From Gammaproteobacteria bacterium (lineage in GTDB: Bacteria > Pseudomonadota > Gammaproteobacteria > Ga0077536): 64,000 bases of DNA. The notes beneath the pieces were generated by a model that was not told the DNA's origin, ran no database searches, and saw only the letters and a list, made by a program, of their open reading frames with translations. This document shows positions 40,112 through 50,255 of the stretch, one piece after another. Where the stretch lies: contig CAXXLL010000003.1 of assembly GCA_963662545.2 (NCBI GenBank), forward strand, positions 2,395,856-2,459,855. Reading direction: 5' to 3'. The translations under genes were made by a program, and so were the position numbers. Within the stretch, counting starts at the first letter, position 1. Each line of letters begins with the position of its first letter.

Positions 40112-40265
40112 CTGATCCTGTGTAGTGGGTGCTGAACCCCCACACTATCAGTATCTTGCTCGGCCTGGGCATCGGGTTAAGCGCTAAGTCGACTGTTCGT
40201 GCGGGTTGTCCCTGCGATGGGAAAATCCCTATAATTTTTGCCATTCATCGGCCCGGGAGTTCGAG

Positions 40266-42089
40266 ATGAAACGACGGCTCACAGCGTTTTCGATTGCGCG
40301 TATCGCAGCCTTATCGATGGCCGTTAGTGCCGCCGCGGACGAGGCGTGGGAGGGCGATCTGTCGCCAATCGATCCGGCCGGCTGGAATCAGGCGACGGCG
40401 CGCCACCTGATTGAACGGGAGGGATTGGGCGGCACGCCCGCGGATATCGATGCGCTCGCCGCAATGACACCCACCCAAGCGGTTCGCCACATGGTTCACT
40501 TCGAGGGTGCGATACCTGCCGAACTGCAATCATTCGATCATTCCGGCATCTTCGAGGAAGGCCTCGATCCTTTTCCGCCGAGCCGGCCGGCAACCACGGC
40601 GCTGGCGCAAGAACACGGTGAAGCGCTCGGTATCAAGGTGAAGCCATCGGGCAACCGTCCGATGCAGGCGATCGTCGACAAGTTCTTCTACTGGCTGCGC
40701 GCCAGCCGCCTGGAAACGGATCGGGTGGCGTACTGGTGGGCGAACCGGATGCTGGTAACGCCTTATCCTCTGCAGGAAAAGACGGTACTGTTCTGGCACG
40801 GTCATTTCGCGACGAACGAGGACAAGATCCGCGATTACCGCAAGCTATTAAAGCAGCTCGAGCTGTTTCAACGCGAAGGACTGGGTAATTTCCACACCCT
40901 GTTGATCGGTGTCGCCCAGGATCCGGCCATGCTCGCGTTTCTCGATGCCGGGGTCAACGTAAAAGGCTCGCCCAACGAGAACTTTGCGCGAGAGATCATG
41001 GAATTGTTCACCATGGGCGTCGGTAACTACACCGAGCGTGACATTCGTGAAGGTGCTCGTGCCTTTACCGGGTGGAATTAATCAGGGCTCGAATTCCGGG
41101 TCGACCCTGCCAAGCACGATGACGATGAAAAGGAATTTCTCGGCCGCAAGGGCGATTTCGACGGTATCGACGTCATCGACATCATTCTCGAACAGGAGGT
41201 CACGGCCGAGTTCATCGCGGCCAAGCTCTATCGCTTCTTCGTACGCGAAGACATCACGCCGGAATTCAAAGCACGTCTCGGTAAGCTGCTCAAGGACGCC
41301 GATTGCGAAATCGCGCCCTGGCTAGAAACCGTTTTTCTGTCGCGCGATTTCTACGCCGCATCTTCAATCGGCACACGGATCAAAAGCCCCGTCGAACTGG
41401 TCATTTCAACCTATCGCAAGCTTGGTCTGGACGTCGTACCGGGAGCGCCCGATTTCAACCTCGTCACTGGCGCCCTGGGACAGCGCCTGATGCATCCGCC
41501 CACGGTCGCGGGCTGGAGTTATGGCCGCAGCTGGATCACGCCGAGTCTGTTGATCGAACGGGGTAATTTTGCGCTGGACGTGGTGTTTCCCGATATCGTC
41601 TTCGTGCCCAATGACCGCTATCCGGAATACCCGAGCGGCCCCGAGATACGGGCAGTCCACAGGCGTCTGCGCGATGGCGAAGACATCGCTTCGGCCACCC
41701 GCCCCGTCGATGCCGTCCAGGTCGACGGCATGATGTCGATGTCCAACACCGTCGATCGCGATGAAGCCTTCAACACCCGCTACGGGAGCTACCGCGGCTG
41801 GCAAACTGCCATCGAACGCGTCAAGCCCATCGTGCGCCACCTGGCGAACTTCAACCTGGCGAAGATGGTGATGGCACGGGAACTGGCGACGCCCGTCGCG
41901 GTGGTGGACTATTTCATGCACCGGTTTTTCTCGGTCCCGCTGGACTTAACGACCCAATCCATGCTCGCCGACGCGCTCGAGCATGATCTCGGCACAGGTG
42001 CGGTTTTGTCCGCGGAAACGTACATGGAAGGGCCCTTGCGGGTGTTGCTGCACCTGATGCTGAGCCGGCCCGAATATCAATTAGGCTGA
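40266..42089 (+). pseudogene. DUF1800-family protein gene interrupted by one in-frame TAA (41079-41081)
   Basis: Track ORFs 40206..41081 and 41490..42089 share one frame. My translation of 41082-41489 in that frame is open and protein-like (SGLEFRVDPAKHDDDEKEFLGRKGDFDGIDVIDIILEQEVTAEFIAAKLYRFF...). The DUF1800-like context FTGWN*SG..HD..K.FLG spans the stop. Confidence 0.7.
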
Positions 42090-42093
42090 CATC

Positions 42094-43302
42094 ATGTTGA
42101 ATCGACGCACGCTTCTCAAACGTACCGCCCAGGGGCTTGGCGGCTTGGGTCTCTTCTCCGGCAGCCTTTTATCGCCAGTCGCGCGCGCCTTCGCGGCCGA
42201 GGCGGCACGCGAAGATCGGATCCTGGTCGTGTTCGAGCTATCCGGCGGCAACGATGGTCTGAATACGGTCGTCCCTTTCTCTGACGACACCTATTACCGA
42301 CTACGACCGCAGATCGGCATCAGGCCGGCTGATTTACTGAAACTGGACGATGACTGGGGATTCAACCCCGGACTGTTGGGCCTCCAGCGCCTTTGGAATG
42401 ACGGACAGCTCGCGATCGTACACGGCTGTGGTTACGAGCGGCCGTCTTTTTCACACTTCACGTCCATGGCTTACTGGCATACCGCCTCGCCTAACAGCGG
42501 TGACGAGTACGGCTGGTACGGGCGTCTGGCTGATGCGATGGCGAGTGAAGCGCGGGCGAATTTTCTGATCAACATCGACACCGCACAGTCCCTGGCGGTC
42601 AAGAGCCGTATTCATACGCCCGTGGTGTTCGACGATCCGGAGCGCTTCAAGCGCAATGCGCTTTTGCAGGAAAAAGCCATTCTCGATTACGTCGACGACC
42701 AGTTCGGAAAAAACGCAACCCTCGACTACCTCAACCTCGTCGCACGCGGCGCGCGCGAAGCCTCTGCGCTGATTCGCCAGGCTTGGGCGAACTACCGCTC
42801 ACCGATCGACTACGGCATCGCCCCATCTCAATTCCGCAAGGTGGCGGCGTGTATCGCCGCGGGCCTGCCCACCCGGCTCTACTACATTGCGTTTCCCAAC
42901 AACGCTTTCGATACCCACGTGCAGCAACCCGATCTGCACCGGCGTCTGTTGAGCTATGCGAGCGACGCGGTACACGGTTTCCTGCACGATATGGAGCGCA
43001 TCGGATACGCAGACCGCGTATGCGTCATGATGTTTTCGGAGTTCGGACGGCGTGCGCCGGAAAACGCGAATCTGGGCACCGATCACGGCGCCGCCAACCT
43101 AATGATGCTGGCGGGCAAAGCCGTGCACGGTGGCCATTACGGCGAGCCGCCGAGCCTGGTGGACCTGGATGACGGGGACAATCTGATCTACACGACGGAT
43201 TTCCGGCGCGTCTACGCGACGGCTATCGACGGCTGGCTCAAAGTTGGCGCGGCAGACACCGTACTCAAAGGGCGGTTCGATCCGTTCCCGATCTTCGCCT
43301 GA
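42094..43302 (+). CDS. DUF1501-family (sulfatase-fold-like) protein with a Tat signal
   Basis: 402 aa. MLNRRTLLKR.. and ELSGGNDGLNTVVP. The usual partner of DUF1800. Confidence 0.8.
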   Translation: MLNRRTLLKRTAQGLGGLGLFSGSLLSPVARAFAAEAAREDRILVVFELSGGNDGLNTVVPFSDDTYYRLRPQIGIRPADLLKLDDDWGFNPGLLGLQRLWNDGQLAIVHGCGYERPSFSHFTSMAYWHTASPNSGDEYGWYGRLADAMASEARANFLINIDTAQSLAVKSRIHTPVVFDDPERFKRNALLQEKAILDYVDDQFGKNATLDYLNLVARGAREASALIRQAWANYRSPIDYGIAPSQFRKVAACIAAGLPTRLYYIAFPNNAFDTHVQQPDLHRRLLSYASDAVHGFLHDMERIGYADRVCVMMFSEFGRRAPENANLGTDHGAANLMMLAGKAVHGGHYGEPPSLVDLDDGDNLIYTTDFRRVYATAIDGWLKVGAADTVLKGRFDPFPIFA

Positions 43303-43414
43303 GCGCTTGCGGTAAGGAGTTTGACCGGCGCGGCAAGGAACGGCATGTCTCCTTGAACCGAAGATCCCCGGGATGTGTCCAAACCCCGCCTGAATCATCG
43401 GTAAATCCAAGCTC

Positions 43415-44122
43415 ATGACCCGCCAGGTTCTCATCGTCGTTCACCAGAAGGCGTCGAATCCAGGACGCATTGGCGAGTTTCTGGTCGAACGGGGTTACAC
43501 CCTCGAGCAATGCTGCCCGAACCTCGGGGATCCCCTGCCGCAGGATCTGGTGGGATACGCGGCCATCGTCGTCTTCGGCGGACCGCAGAGTGCAAACGAC
43601 AACCACCTGCCCGGCATCCGGGCCGAGCTCGACTGGCTCGAAGCACGCGCGGTGCCTAGCGGACGTCCTCTGCTCGGGATCTGCCTCGGCGCCCAGGAGA
43701 TCGCCCGCGTGCTGGGCGCGCGGGTTGCACCGCACGACGAAGGCCTGGTCGAGATCGGATACTGTGAGGTGTCGCCGACCCCCGCAGGCGGCGAATTCCT
43801 GAAACGCCCGACGATGTTCTATCAGTGGCACACCGAGACCTTCGACATTCCGGCAGGTGCCGTTCATCTGGCTGAAAGCGAGCGCTTCCCGGGCCAGGCT
43901 TTTTGTTACGACGGACATGTTTACGGTATCGAATTTCACCCCGAGATGACCGGCGACATGATCGAACGCTGGTGCGCTACGAAGAAAGGCCGCCAGAGAA
44001 TCAAACGGTACGGCGCGCAACCGCCCCAAGTTCAAATGGAAAACTACCGGCGCTACGCCACCGAAACGGACCGGTGGCTCGGCTGGTTTCTCGACGAGCT
44101 GCTGCTGGCCGGCGCAGAGTAG
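43415..44122 (+). CDS. Class I glutamine amidotransferase-like protein
   Basis: 235 aa. nucleophile-elbow LLGICLGAQ, C-terminal IEFHPE. Confidence 0.75.
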   Translation: MTRQVLIVVHQKASNPGRIGEFLVERGYTLEQCCPNLGDPLPQDLVGYAAIVVFGGPQSANDNHLPGIRAELDWLEARAVPSGRPLLGICLGAQEIARVLGARVAPHDEGLVEIGYCEVSPTPAGGEFLKRPTMFYQWHTETFDIPAGAVHLAESERFPGQAFCYDGHVYGIEFHPEMTGDMIERWCATKKGRQRIKRYGAQPPQVQMENYRRYATETDRWLGWFLDELLLAGAE

Positions 44123-44211
44123 ACGTCCGGCATACGGTCAGCTTGGCTTGGCCCGCACTGTTGAATGTCCGTGCCGGACTCAATCCAGTCCCCTATCGCA
44201 TTCGATCCAGC

Positions 44212-45528
44212 TCAACTTTCAGCCGGCAGTACCGTGCCCTTGGCCTCCCCGAATCCGATACGCACCGCAGAGGCGGCCTCACACCAGGCACGCAGGATCA
44301 CCGTATCACCGTCTTCGAGAAACGTACGTGTCTCTCCATTGTCGAGGGTGATCGACTGCTTCCCACCTTCGCTGAGCTCGAGCATCGATCCCGCTTCTTG
44401 GGGTTCGGGGCCCGATTGTGTACCGCTGCCGAACAGGTCCCCGACCCGCAGCTGGCAGCCGTTGATCGTGTGGTGCGCCAGCATCTGCGCAACCGTCCAA
44501 TAGGCATGCCGGTAATTGGATCTCGAAACGCGGCTTGGCGGCTGCGCCTTGTCGCGCATGCTTTCACTTTGCAGGGACACCGCGAGATTGATATCGAAAG
44601 CACCGGTAGTGCGATTCCGCGCCGAATCGAGATACGGCAGCGGCTGTGGATCGCTCACCGGCCGCGTCCACGATGTTCGAAACGGCGCGAGAGCCTCCAA
44701 GGTGACACACCAGGGTGACACCGTCGAGGCGAAACTCTTTGACAAAAAGGGGCCGAGGGGGCGGTATTCCCAGGCCTGGACGTCGCGTGCCGACCAATCG
44801 TTCAGCAGACACAAGCCGAACACGTAATCGTCGGCGTCGTCGAGCTTGATCGCGTGCCCCGGCTCATTGCCCTGCCCAATGTAGATACCGATCTCGAGCT
44901 CGTAATCGAGGCGTCGTGATGGGCCAACTACCGGTTGATCGGCATCGGGCGCCTTGAGTTGTCCACGGGGCCGCTTGAATGCCTGCCCCGACACGTCGAT
45001 TGAGGAGCTGCGTCCGTGGTAGGCGATGGGGATCCATTTGTAATTCGGCGGCAGCGGAACATCGGGGCGAAACAAGGCGCCTACGGCCATTGCGTGGTAG
45101 ATGGACGTGAAGAAATCAGTGTAGTCGCCGATCGAAACAGGCAGACCCAGTTCAACGGAATCTTGCGGCAGCAGGCACGAGGAGACCAGGTCGCGCGATG
45201 TGGAATCCGGTCTCAGCGCGCGCGATAGTGCGAGGCGCAGTTCCGACCAGGTCTCCCTGCCCATGGCCATGAATTCGTTCAGTGCGGGCGCACCGCAGGC
45301 CATGGCGCCGCGGGCGGCCAGGCCGCTCAAGACATCGGTTGCGGAAAGCGCGGCGAGGTCGACGATCGCCTCTCCGATCGCAACACAGCCACGCAAGGCG
45401 TCCTTGCTCCCGCGCCGCCGGAAGACCGAGAACGGAAGATTCTGAATCGGAAAATCCGCTTCATTCCGATTAGCGCTTTCCACCCAGCTTTCCAAAGCCG
45501 GATCATGCGTTTCATTCAATCCGGTCAT
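44212..45528 (-). CDS. fahA: Fumarylacetoacetase
   Basis: Start at MTGLNETHD (an alternative start lies 18 codons upstream at 45582). FPIQNLPFSVF, GDYTDFF, C-terminal FAH-fold motifs. Confidence 0.85.
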   Translation of the reverse strand: MTGLNETHDPALESWVESANRNEADFPIQNLPFSVFRRRGSKDALRGCVAIGEAIVDLAALSATDVLSGLAARGAMACGAPALNEFMAMGRETWSELRLALSRALRPDSTSRDLVSSCLLPQDSVELGLPVSIGDYTDFFTSIYHAMAVGALFRPDVPLPPNYKWIPIAYHGRSSSIDVSGQAFKRPRGQLKAPDADQPVVGPSRRLDYELEIGIYIGQGNEPGHAIKLDDADDYVFGLCLLNDWSARDVQAWEYRPLGPFLSKSFASTVSPWCVTLEALAPFRTSWTRPVSDPQPLPYLDSARNRTTGAFDINLAVSLQSESMRDKAQPPSRVSRSNYRHAYWTVAQMLAHHTINGCQLRVGDLFGSGTQSGPEPQEAGSMLELSEGGKQSITLDNGETRTFLEDGDTVILRAWCEAASAVRIGFGEAKGTVLPAES

Positions 45529-45541
45529 CGCGGGAACGCCT

Positions 45542-46504
45542 TCATCGTCCGTCGCTGCCGGACGCCCCGGTCGCACGGTCATAGGCGAGCGCCGCCAGGG
45601 CCAGATCGCCCAGGGCCAGTCCGCGAAAAACGAAGGCCGTGCGTTCCTCTTCAGCGGTGCGGCCGGACACCGTCTGCGCTACGAGACCGGAAAGATCGCC
45701 ATCGATCGTTTCGATGGGCATTAATGGCTGGTCACTCTTCAGTTCCTGCTCCATGTCGTCGATGAAGACGCGGTCGAACGCCGACATCCCACCCGGCTCC
45801 CAGGACATTGCCAGATCGGTGATGGCCGCAAAAGCACCGACGTCCAGCCAGTGCGCGTCTATAAATGGTTTCACATCGCGAGACAGGGTGACGGAACTTA
45901 CGACGATATCGGCCCCGGCAAGTGCTTCCCTGGCGGACGTGCTCTTGACGGCTTCTAGACCCATTGCCGCCGCCGCGTTGCACAAGGCGTCGCGGTTTGC
46001 CTGGCCGCGTCCAAATGCACGCATTTCGCTCAACGGGAAAAGCTCTTTGAACAGGCGCAGATGACTGTGTGCCTGAACACCGCAGCCGATGAGCGCCAGA
46101 ACCTTGGAGTCGAGTCGCGCGAGCCGCGTTGCGGCGACCGCGCTGAGTCCGGCAGTCCGCACGCCCGTGATCCAGTTGCCGTCCAGCACCGCGAGCGGGA
46201 CGCCGGTGGTGCTGTCCGACAAGGTAACCGAGGCATTGATTCCCGGCATGCCGTGCGCGGCGTTGCCGGGGTTTACGATCAGCGATTTCATCACCATATA
46301 GGGCGGGTCGTCGGCGACGGCCAGGGTTCCCATGACGTAGCGGCCATCCGGCGGGAGTATCACGGCCTTCGGTGCGTTCCAGACTTCGGCCCGTGCCTGG
46401 CCACCTATGAGGTGCTCGATACTTGCAATGACGTCCTGCGCGGTGATTCCCAGCACATCCAGACTCGCACCTGACAGGTAAAGCGGTGCCCCAGTGTCGT
46501 CCAC
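45542..46504 (-). CDS. Ornithine cyclodeaminase / mu-crystallin family NAD-dependent enzyme
   Basis: The core is ~320 aa (..RTAGLSAVAATRLAR..LALIGCGVQA..). The long ORF to 46867 overlaps the PhyH gene, so I place the start at GTG 46504, just after the PhyH stop. Start uncertain. Confidence 0.7.
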   Translation of the reverse strand: MDDTGAPLYLSGASLDVLGITAQDVIASIEHLIGGQARAEVWNAPKAVILPPDGRYVMGTLAVADDPPYMVMKSLIVNPGNAAHGMPGINASVTLSDSTTGVPLAVLDGNWITGVRTAGLSAVAATRLARLDSKVLALIGCGVQAHSHLRLFKELFPLSEMRAFGRGQANRDALCNAAAAMGLEAVKSTSAREALAGADIVVSSVTLSRDVKPFIDAHWLDVGAFAAITDLAMSWEPGGMSAFDRVFIDDMEQELKSDQPLMPIETIDGDLSGLVAQTVSGRTAEEERTAFVFRGLALGDLALAALAYDRATGASGSDGR

Positions 46505-46535
46505 GGTGACGCGGATTCCGTCGGGTAAGGTGAGT

Positions 46536-47372
46536 TTACAGCGTCGGACGCACCCGGTCCGCGTCCTTGAACAGGATATCACGGAAGGCACTGGCCGCTT
46601 TTTCGTGAAACCGCATCGCCTCCGCGTCCAGGTCATGGGCGGGCCGGGGCGCGCGTGCGAAATGTTCAAAGCGGTCCTCGCCACGTACCAGGGATGCGCT
46701 GTCCCAGTCGACGGCAAGTTGCTTCGTGTAGGTCGGAATGTAATGCATCGAAAGACCGATGCGCCGATCGGCTGATCGATTGGGCGCCGAGGCGTGTGCA
46801 AGACGAATATTGTGTAAAGATGCCTGGCCCGGATCCAGTTCCACGGCGACGGTTTTCGATTCGTCAATGGGCACTGAAATTTTCTGTCCCCGAGTCAGCA
46901 TGTTGTCGTTCTCGTATTCGTCGGTATGGGGAAGCACCTCGCCCTTGTGGCTGCCCGGCAGCAACCGCATGCAGCCGCTTTCCAGCGCCGCCGGCGAAAG
47001 GGCCAACCACACCGTGACGAGCTCACTCGTGTCGAGCCCCCAGTAGCGCACGTCCTGATGCCAAGACACGTAGGCGTCGCTCCCGGCCTCCTTGATCCAC
47101 CAAACCGTGGTCCAGCACAGAATGTCGGGGCCGATCAAGTCTTCGACGGCGTCGAGGATGCGGGGATGACGTATGAGTTCGTCGACCCAAGTAAAGATCA
47201 AATGGGATTTGCCGCGTTCCGCGCCCGAAATCGGGTGACCTTGCGAGGCCTCGTAGGCTTCCAGTTTCCCGCGCGCGGCCGTGATTTGATCCGCAGACAA
47301 AACATCGATCGGGAAATAGTAGCCTTCCCGTTCGTACTGCTTGCGAGCCTCTTCGTTCAGAATCTTGGCCAT
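46536..47372 (-). CDS. Phytanoyl-CoA dioxygenase (PhyH) family Fe(II)/2-oxoglutarate oxygenase
   Basis: Start at MAKILNEE (GAGAGG 9 nt upstream). WHQDVRYW (HxD) and distal His in LHNIRLAHASAPN. Confidence 0.8.
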   Translation of the reverse strand: MAKILNEEARKQYEREGYYFPIDVLSADQITAARGKLEAYEASQGHPISGAERGKSHLIFTWVDELIRHPRILDAVEDLIGPDILCWTTVWWIKEAGSDAYVSWHQDVRYWGLDTSELVTVWLALSPAALESGCMRLLPGSHKGEVLPHTDEYENDNMLTRGQKISVPIDESKTVAVELDPGQASLHNIRLAHASAPNRSADRRIGLSMHYIPTYTKQLAVDWDSASLVRGEDRFEHFARAPRPAHDLDAEAMRFHEKAASAFRDILFKDADRVRPTL

Positions 47373-47567
47373 ATGATCCATCCTCTCACAACATGGTGAA
47401 AACGTCTTGCTAACAAGAACCAAGATTGCCGTCGCGGTTCAGTCTGCGCGGACGTCTGTGTTCGCTGTGTGCCGGCAAAAGTCACCTACCCACTCGCTGC
47501 CGTCGCCGCGGTCATGGTGTAAACTGCCGTTCGCATCTCTCGCGCAGAATGGCGAATTGGGGGCATT

Positions 47568-48074
47568 ATGAATCCGGAAGAATTGAAAGCACTGCAGGCG
47601 CCGATCAAGGATCAATACAAGGAAACGCCTGAAGCCGCGCTCATTACATTGCGCGCGGAATCCAACGGCGCCGAAGGTGTCGCTTGCAAGCTCGAAACTT
47701 CCAAGGGCATGCTTGAAGCCGGTCTCCATCCCGCGACCGGAGGCGATGGTACACAAGCCTGCTCGGGCGACATGTTGCTGGAAGCGCTGACGGCTTGTGC
47801 CGGGGTGACCCTGCAAGCGGTCGCAACCACATTCGGCGTTGAACTCACCAAATCGAGAATCATCGCCGAAGGCGACCTCGATTTCCGCGGAACGCTCGGC
47901 GTGGCCAAGGATGCGCTGGTCGGTTTCCGGGACATCCGGCTGACCTTCGATATCGATGCCGATGCGCCCGTTGAAACACTCGCCAAGATCGCGCAGTTGA
48001 CTGAACGTTATTGCGTGGTGCTGCAGACCATTCAGCAGAAGCCGAACATCGAGGTCATCACGGCCGGCAGTTAA
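47568..48074 (+). CDS. OsmC/Ohr family peroxiredoxin-like protein
   Basis: 168 aa. ACSGDMLLEALTACAG. Confidence 0.75.
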   Translation: MNPEELKALQAPIKDQYKETPEAALITLRAESNGAEGVACKLETSKGMLEAGLHPATGGDGTQACSGDMLLEALTACAGVTLQAVATTFGVELTKSRIIAEGDLDFRGTLGVAKDALVGFRDIRLTFDIDADAPVETLAKIAQLTERYCVVLQTIQQKPNIEVITAGS

Positions 48075-48242
48075 AAACGGCGGGTACTGACGTATCCGAC
48101 TTGCAGGCTGCTACCCGCCCGCATATTTCACCAGCCGTTTACCGCGGCGGCTTCATCGATGAGTGTTCCCGCCCGTTCCGGCATTGCATTGCGGCTTGCA
48201 ACATGATGTCGAGATTGCCAACCATATCTATGCCAATCGCCA

Positions 48243-49349
48243 TCACGCCGCGGAAATTTCCAGGGGCGACGGTTCAACCAGCAGATTGGTGTCCCACTTC
48301 TTCAATTCGGGCAATACGTGCTGTGCGAAGCACCGCATGTTGCGCTCGGCTTCATGGTACGGCATGCCCGCATAGCTGAAATTACCCATGATGCCGTTCA
48401 TGTCGATCTGGTCCCTCATGTAGGCGATTTTCTCGAGCACCTGCTCCGGCGTACCCCAGGGCATTAATTTCACGAAATCCTCGGCCGCGCCGTCCAGACC
48501 TTGCTTTTCGATGTATTTGCCGACGTTTTTGTAGAACTCGTACCCTTCGTGGCTGCCAAATTTCTCCGAGGTCATCTCGTAGTGTTTCATCGCCGAGTGG
48601 TAATACCGGCCGATCCATTTGTACGCCATCTCCTCGGCCCGGTCCTGATCCTCGTCAACAAAGTAGAAACCGCCGCAGAGCGGCTGCGGCGGCTCGCAAC
48701 CATTTGTGTTCAGGAAAACGTCCCGATAGACCGCGAAATCCTGTTGCACGACGTCCCAGGGTTTTTGCGGGATCACGAGCAGGCCGATACCCAGCTTCGC
48801 CATGATGGGCATGGATTCCGGCGACACGGCGGCCGCGTACGTTCTGCCCTTGAATGACTTGAAAGGGAACGGACGGATGTCCCGCCGCGGTTGATTGAGC
48901 GTGTCGCCGCCCTCCAGGTACCCGCGCTCCAACCCCTCGATCAACAGTTCTGCGTACTCTACGAATCGCTGTCGGCCAGTTCCCTGATCGATTCGGAATC
49001 CCTCGAATTCGACGTTTCCCAAGCCGCGGCCAAGCCCGAGGATCATGCGCCCGCCCGACAGGTGATCCAGCAGCGAAATCTGCTCAGCGACCCGCATCGG
49101 ATCGTGCCACGGCAGAACGATAACCATGGTGCCCAATTTTACGTGCCGTGTCTTGCCTGCCATATAAGTCAGGAACTGCACGACGTCCGGACACATCGTG
49201 TAATCGGTGAAGTGATGTTCGACCGACCATATCGAATCAAAGCCCAAGGGTTCGGCCATTTCGGCAAGACGTACCTCCTCGCGATATACCTCGGTATCCG
49301 GCAGTCTGTTTTCCGGATTTTGAAATACGGGTGCATAGCCTACGTGCAT
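48243..49349 (-). CDS. LLM-class (luciferase-like) flavin-dependent monooxygenase
   Basis: 368 aa. GFDSIWSVEHHF, LDHLSGGRMILGLGRG. Confidence 0.8.
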   Translation of the reverse strand: MHVGYAPVFQNPENRLPDTEVYREEVRLAEMAEPLGFDSIWSVEHHFTDYTMCPDVVQFLTYMAGKTRHVKLGTMVIVLPWHDPMRVAEQISLLDHLSGGRMILGLGRGLGNVEFEGFRIDQGTGRQRFVEYAELLIEGLERGYLEGGDTLNQPRRDIRPFPFKSFKGRTYAAAVSPESMPIMAKLGIGLLVIPQKPWDVVQQDFAVYRDVFLNTNGCEPPQPLCGGFYFVDEDQDRAEEMAYKWIGRYYHSAMKHYEMTSEKFGSHEGYEFYKNVGKYIEKQGLDGAAEDFVKLMPWGTPEQVLEKIAYMRDQIDMNGIMGNFSYAGMPYHEAERNMRCFAQHVLPELKKWDTNLLVEPSPLEISAA

Positions 49350-49388
49350 GACACACTCCTCGGGATTGAAATTTTCAAAGATTTGAAA

Positions 49389-49919
49389 CTATACCGGCAC
49401 CGCATTGACGAGTACCGCCGCGAGCAGGCAGGGTTCGTCCGTGCGCACGCTCCAGGAATGTTTCGTGCCGCGTTGAATCATGACGTCCCCCTGCTTGAGA
49501 CAGACTTCACCTTCATCCAGGATTGCCCAGATTTCTCCGCGAAGTACGACGAGGTAATCGATCGTCGCAGTCGTGTGCATCATGGGATCGTCGGAAACGC
49601 CGTCCGCGGCGTGGCCGGCCCCGATTGAATCAAAGGCTTCTGCGGCGTCGCCTTGCCCGCGCCACGCTGAATCGGGTGGAAATTCGACGATGCGAAATAT
49701 CGTGCCATTGGCAGGCGGTTCGAGTACCACCGGACGATCCGCTGCATCGTCGGTACCGCCGTTGTCTACGGGCATGGTGTTCGTTTCCCACAGATCGGTC
49801 AACGCAAGCCCCGGCATCGATTCCATCCCCTGAACGTTCCCCGCATCGCCGTCCATGATGAAAACCGATCTGCCTTGATCGTCATGTCCCGTAACGACTC
49901 GGCGTATTTTTTGAACCAT
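49389..49919 (-). CDS. Cupin-domain protein
   Basis: 176 aa. HTTATIDYLVVLRGE..GDVMIQRGTKHSW (cupin motifs). Confidence 0.65.
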   Translation of the reverse strand: MVQKIRRVVTGHDDQGRSVFIMDGDAGNVQGMESMPGLALTDLWETNTMPVDNGGTDDAADRPVVLEPPANGTIFRIVEFPPDSAWRGQGDAAEAFDSIGAGHAADGVSDDPMMHTTATIDYLVVLRGEIWAILDEGEVCLKQGDVMIQRGTKHSWSVRTDEPCLLAAVLVNAVPV

Positions 49920-50255
49920 CAGGGTGTCTCTTCGCTGGGGTTAAAAGTTATGCGGTATCTATAGTACCCAATTCAGAAACGGTTATTTGCCACCAGAAGA
50001 ATGGGGTTCGGCTTAGCCTATGATAAACTCGTAACACGACGTGCTGAGGGGATCATTACGTGGAATTCTCGCTTGTTTTTAGCAATAGCTCGTCAAAATC
50101 CGGGTGGGTCTCAGGGACTACGAATCCGACGGATATCTCAAGGACCTGACAGGTTTGGATCATCCGCCTAAGGATGCGAAATTCGAGGACCTCGCAGCAC
50201 ACGCGTTTATCGTGACCACCGAACCCATCACTACGATTCCGCTCGCGCCTGCGCC

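Noticed and set aside
40119-40158. Imperfect hairpin CTGATCCTGTGTAGTGGGTGCTGAACCCCCACACTATCAG, which shares the decamer GTGTAGTGGG with the centre of the 6812-6976 palindromic element.
   Set aside because: Only about 10 nt are shared and the pairing is imperfect. That is insufficient to claim a repeat family without a genome-wide search.
44125-44179. Hairpins between convergent genes considered as intrinsic terminators: GTCCGGCA/TGCCGGAC at 44125-44179 and GGCGGGTA/TACCCGCC at 48079-48119.
   Set aside because: The stems are only 8 bp with 25-39 nt loops and no following T-tract on either strand. That is too weak to call terminators from sequence alone.
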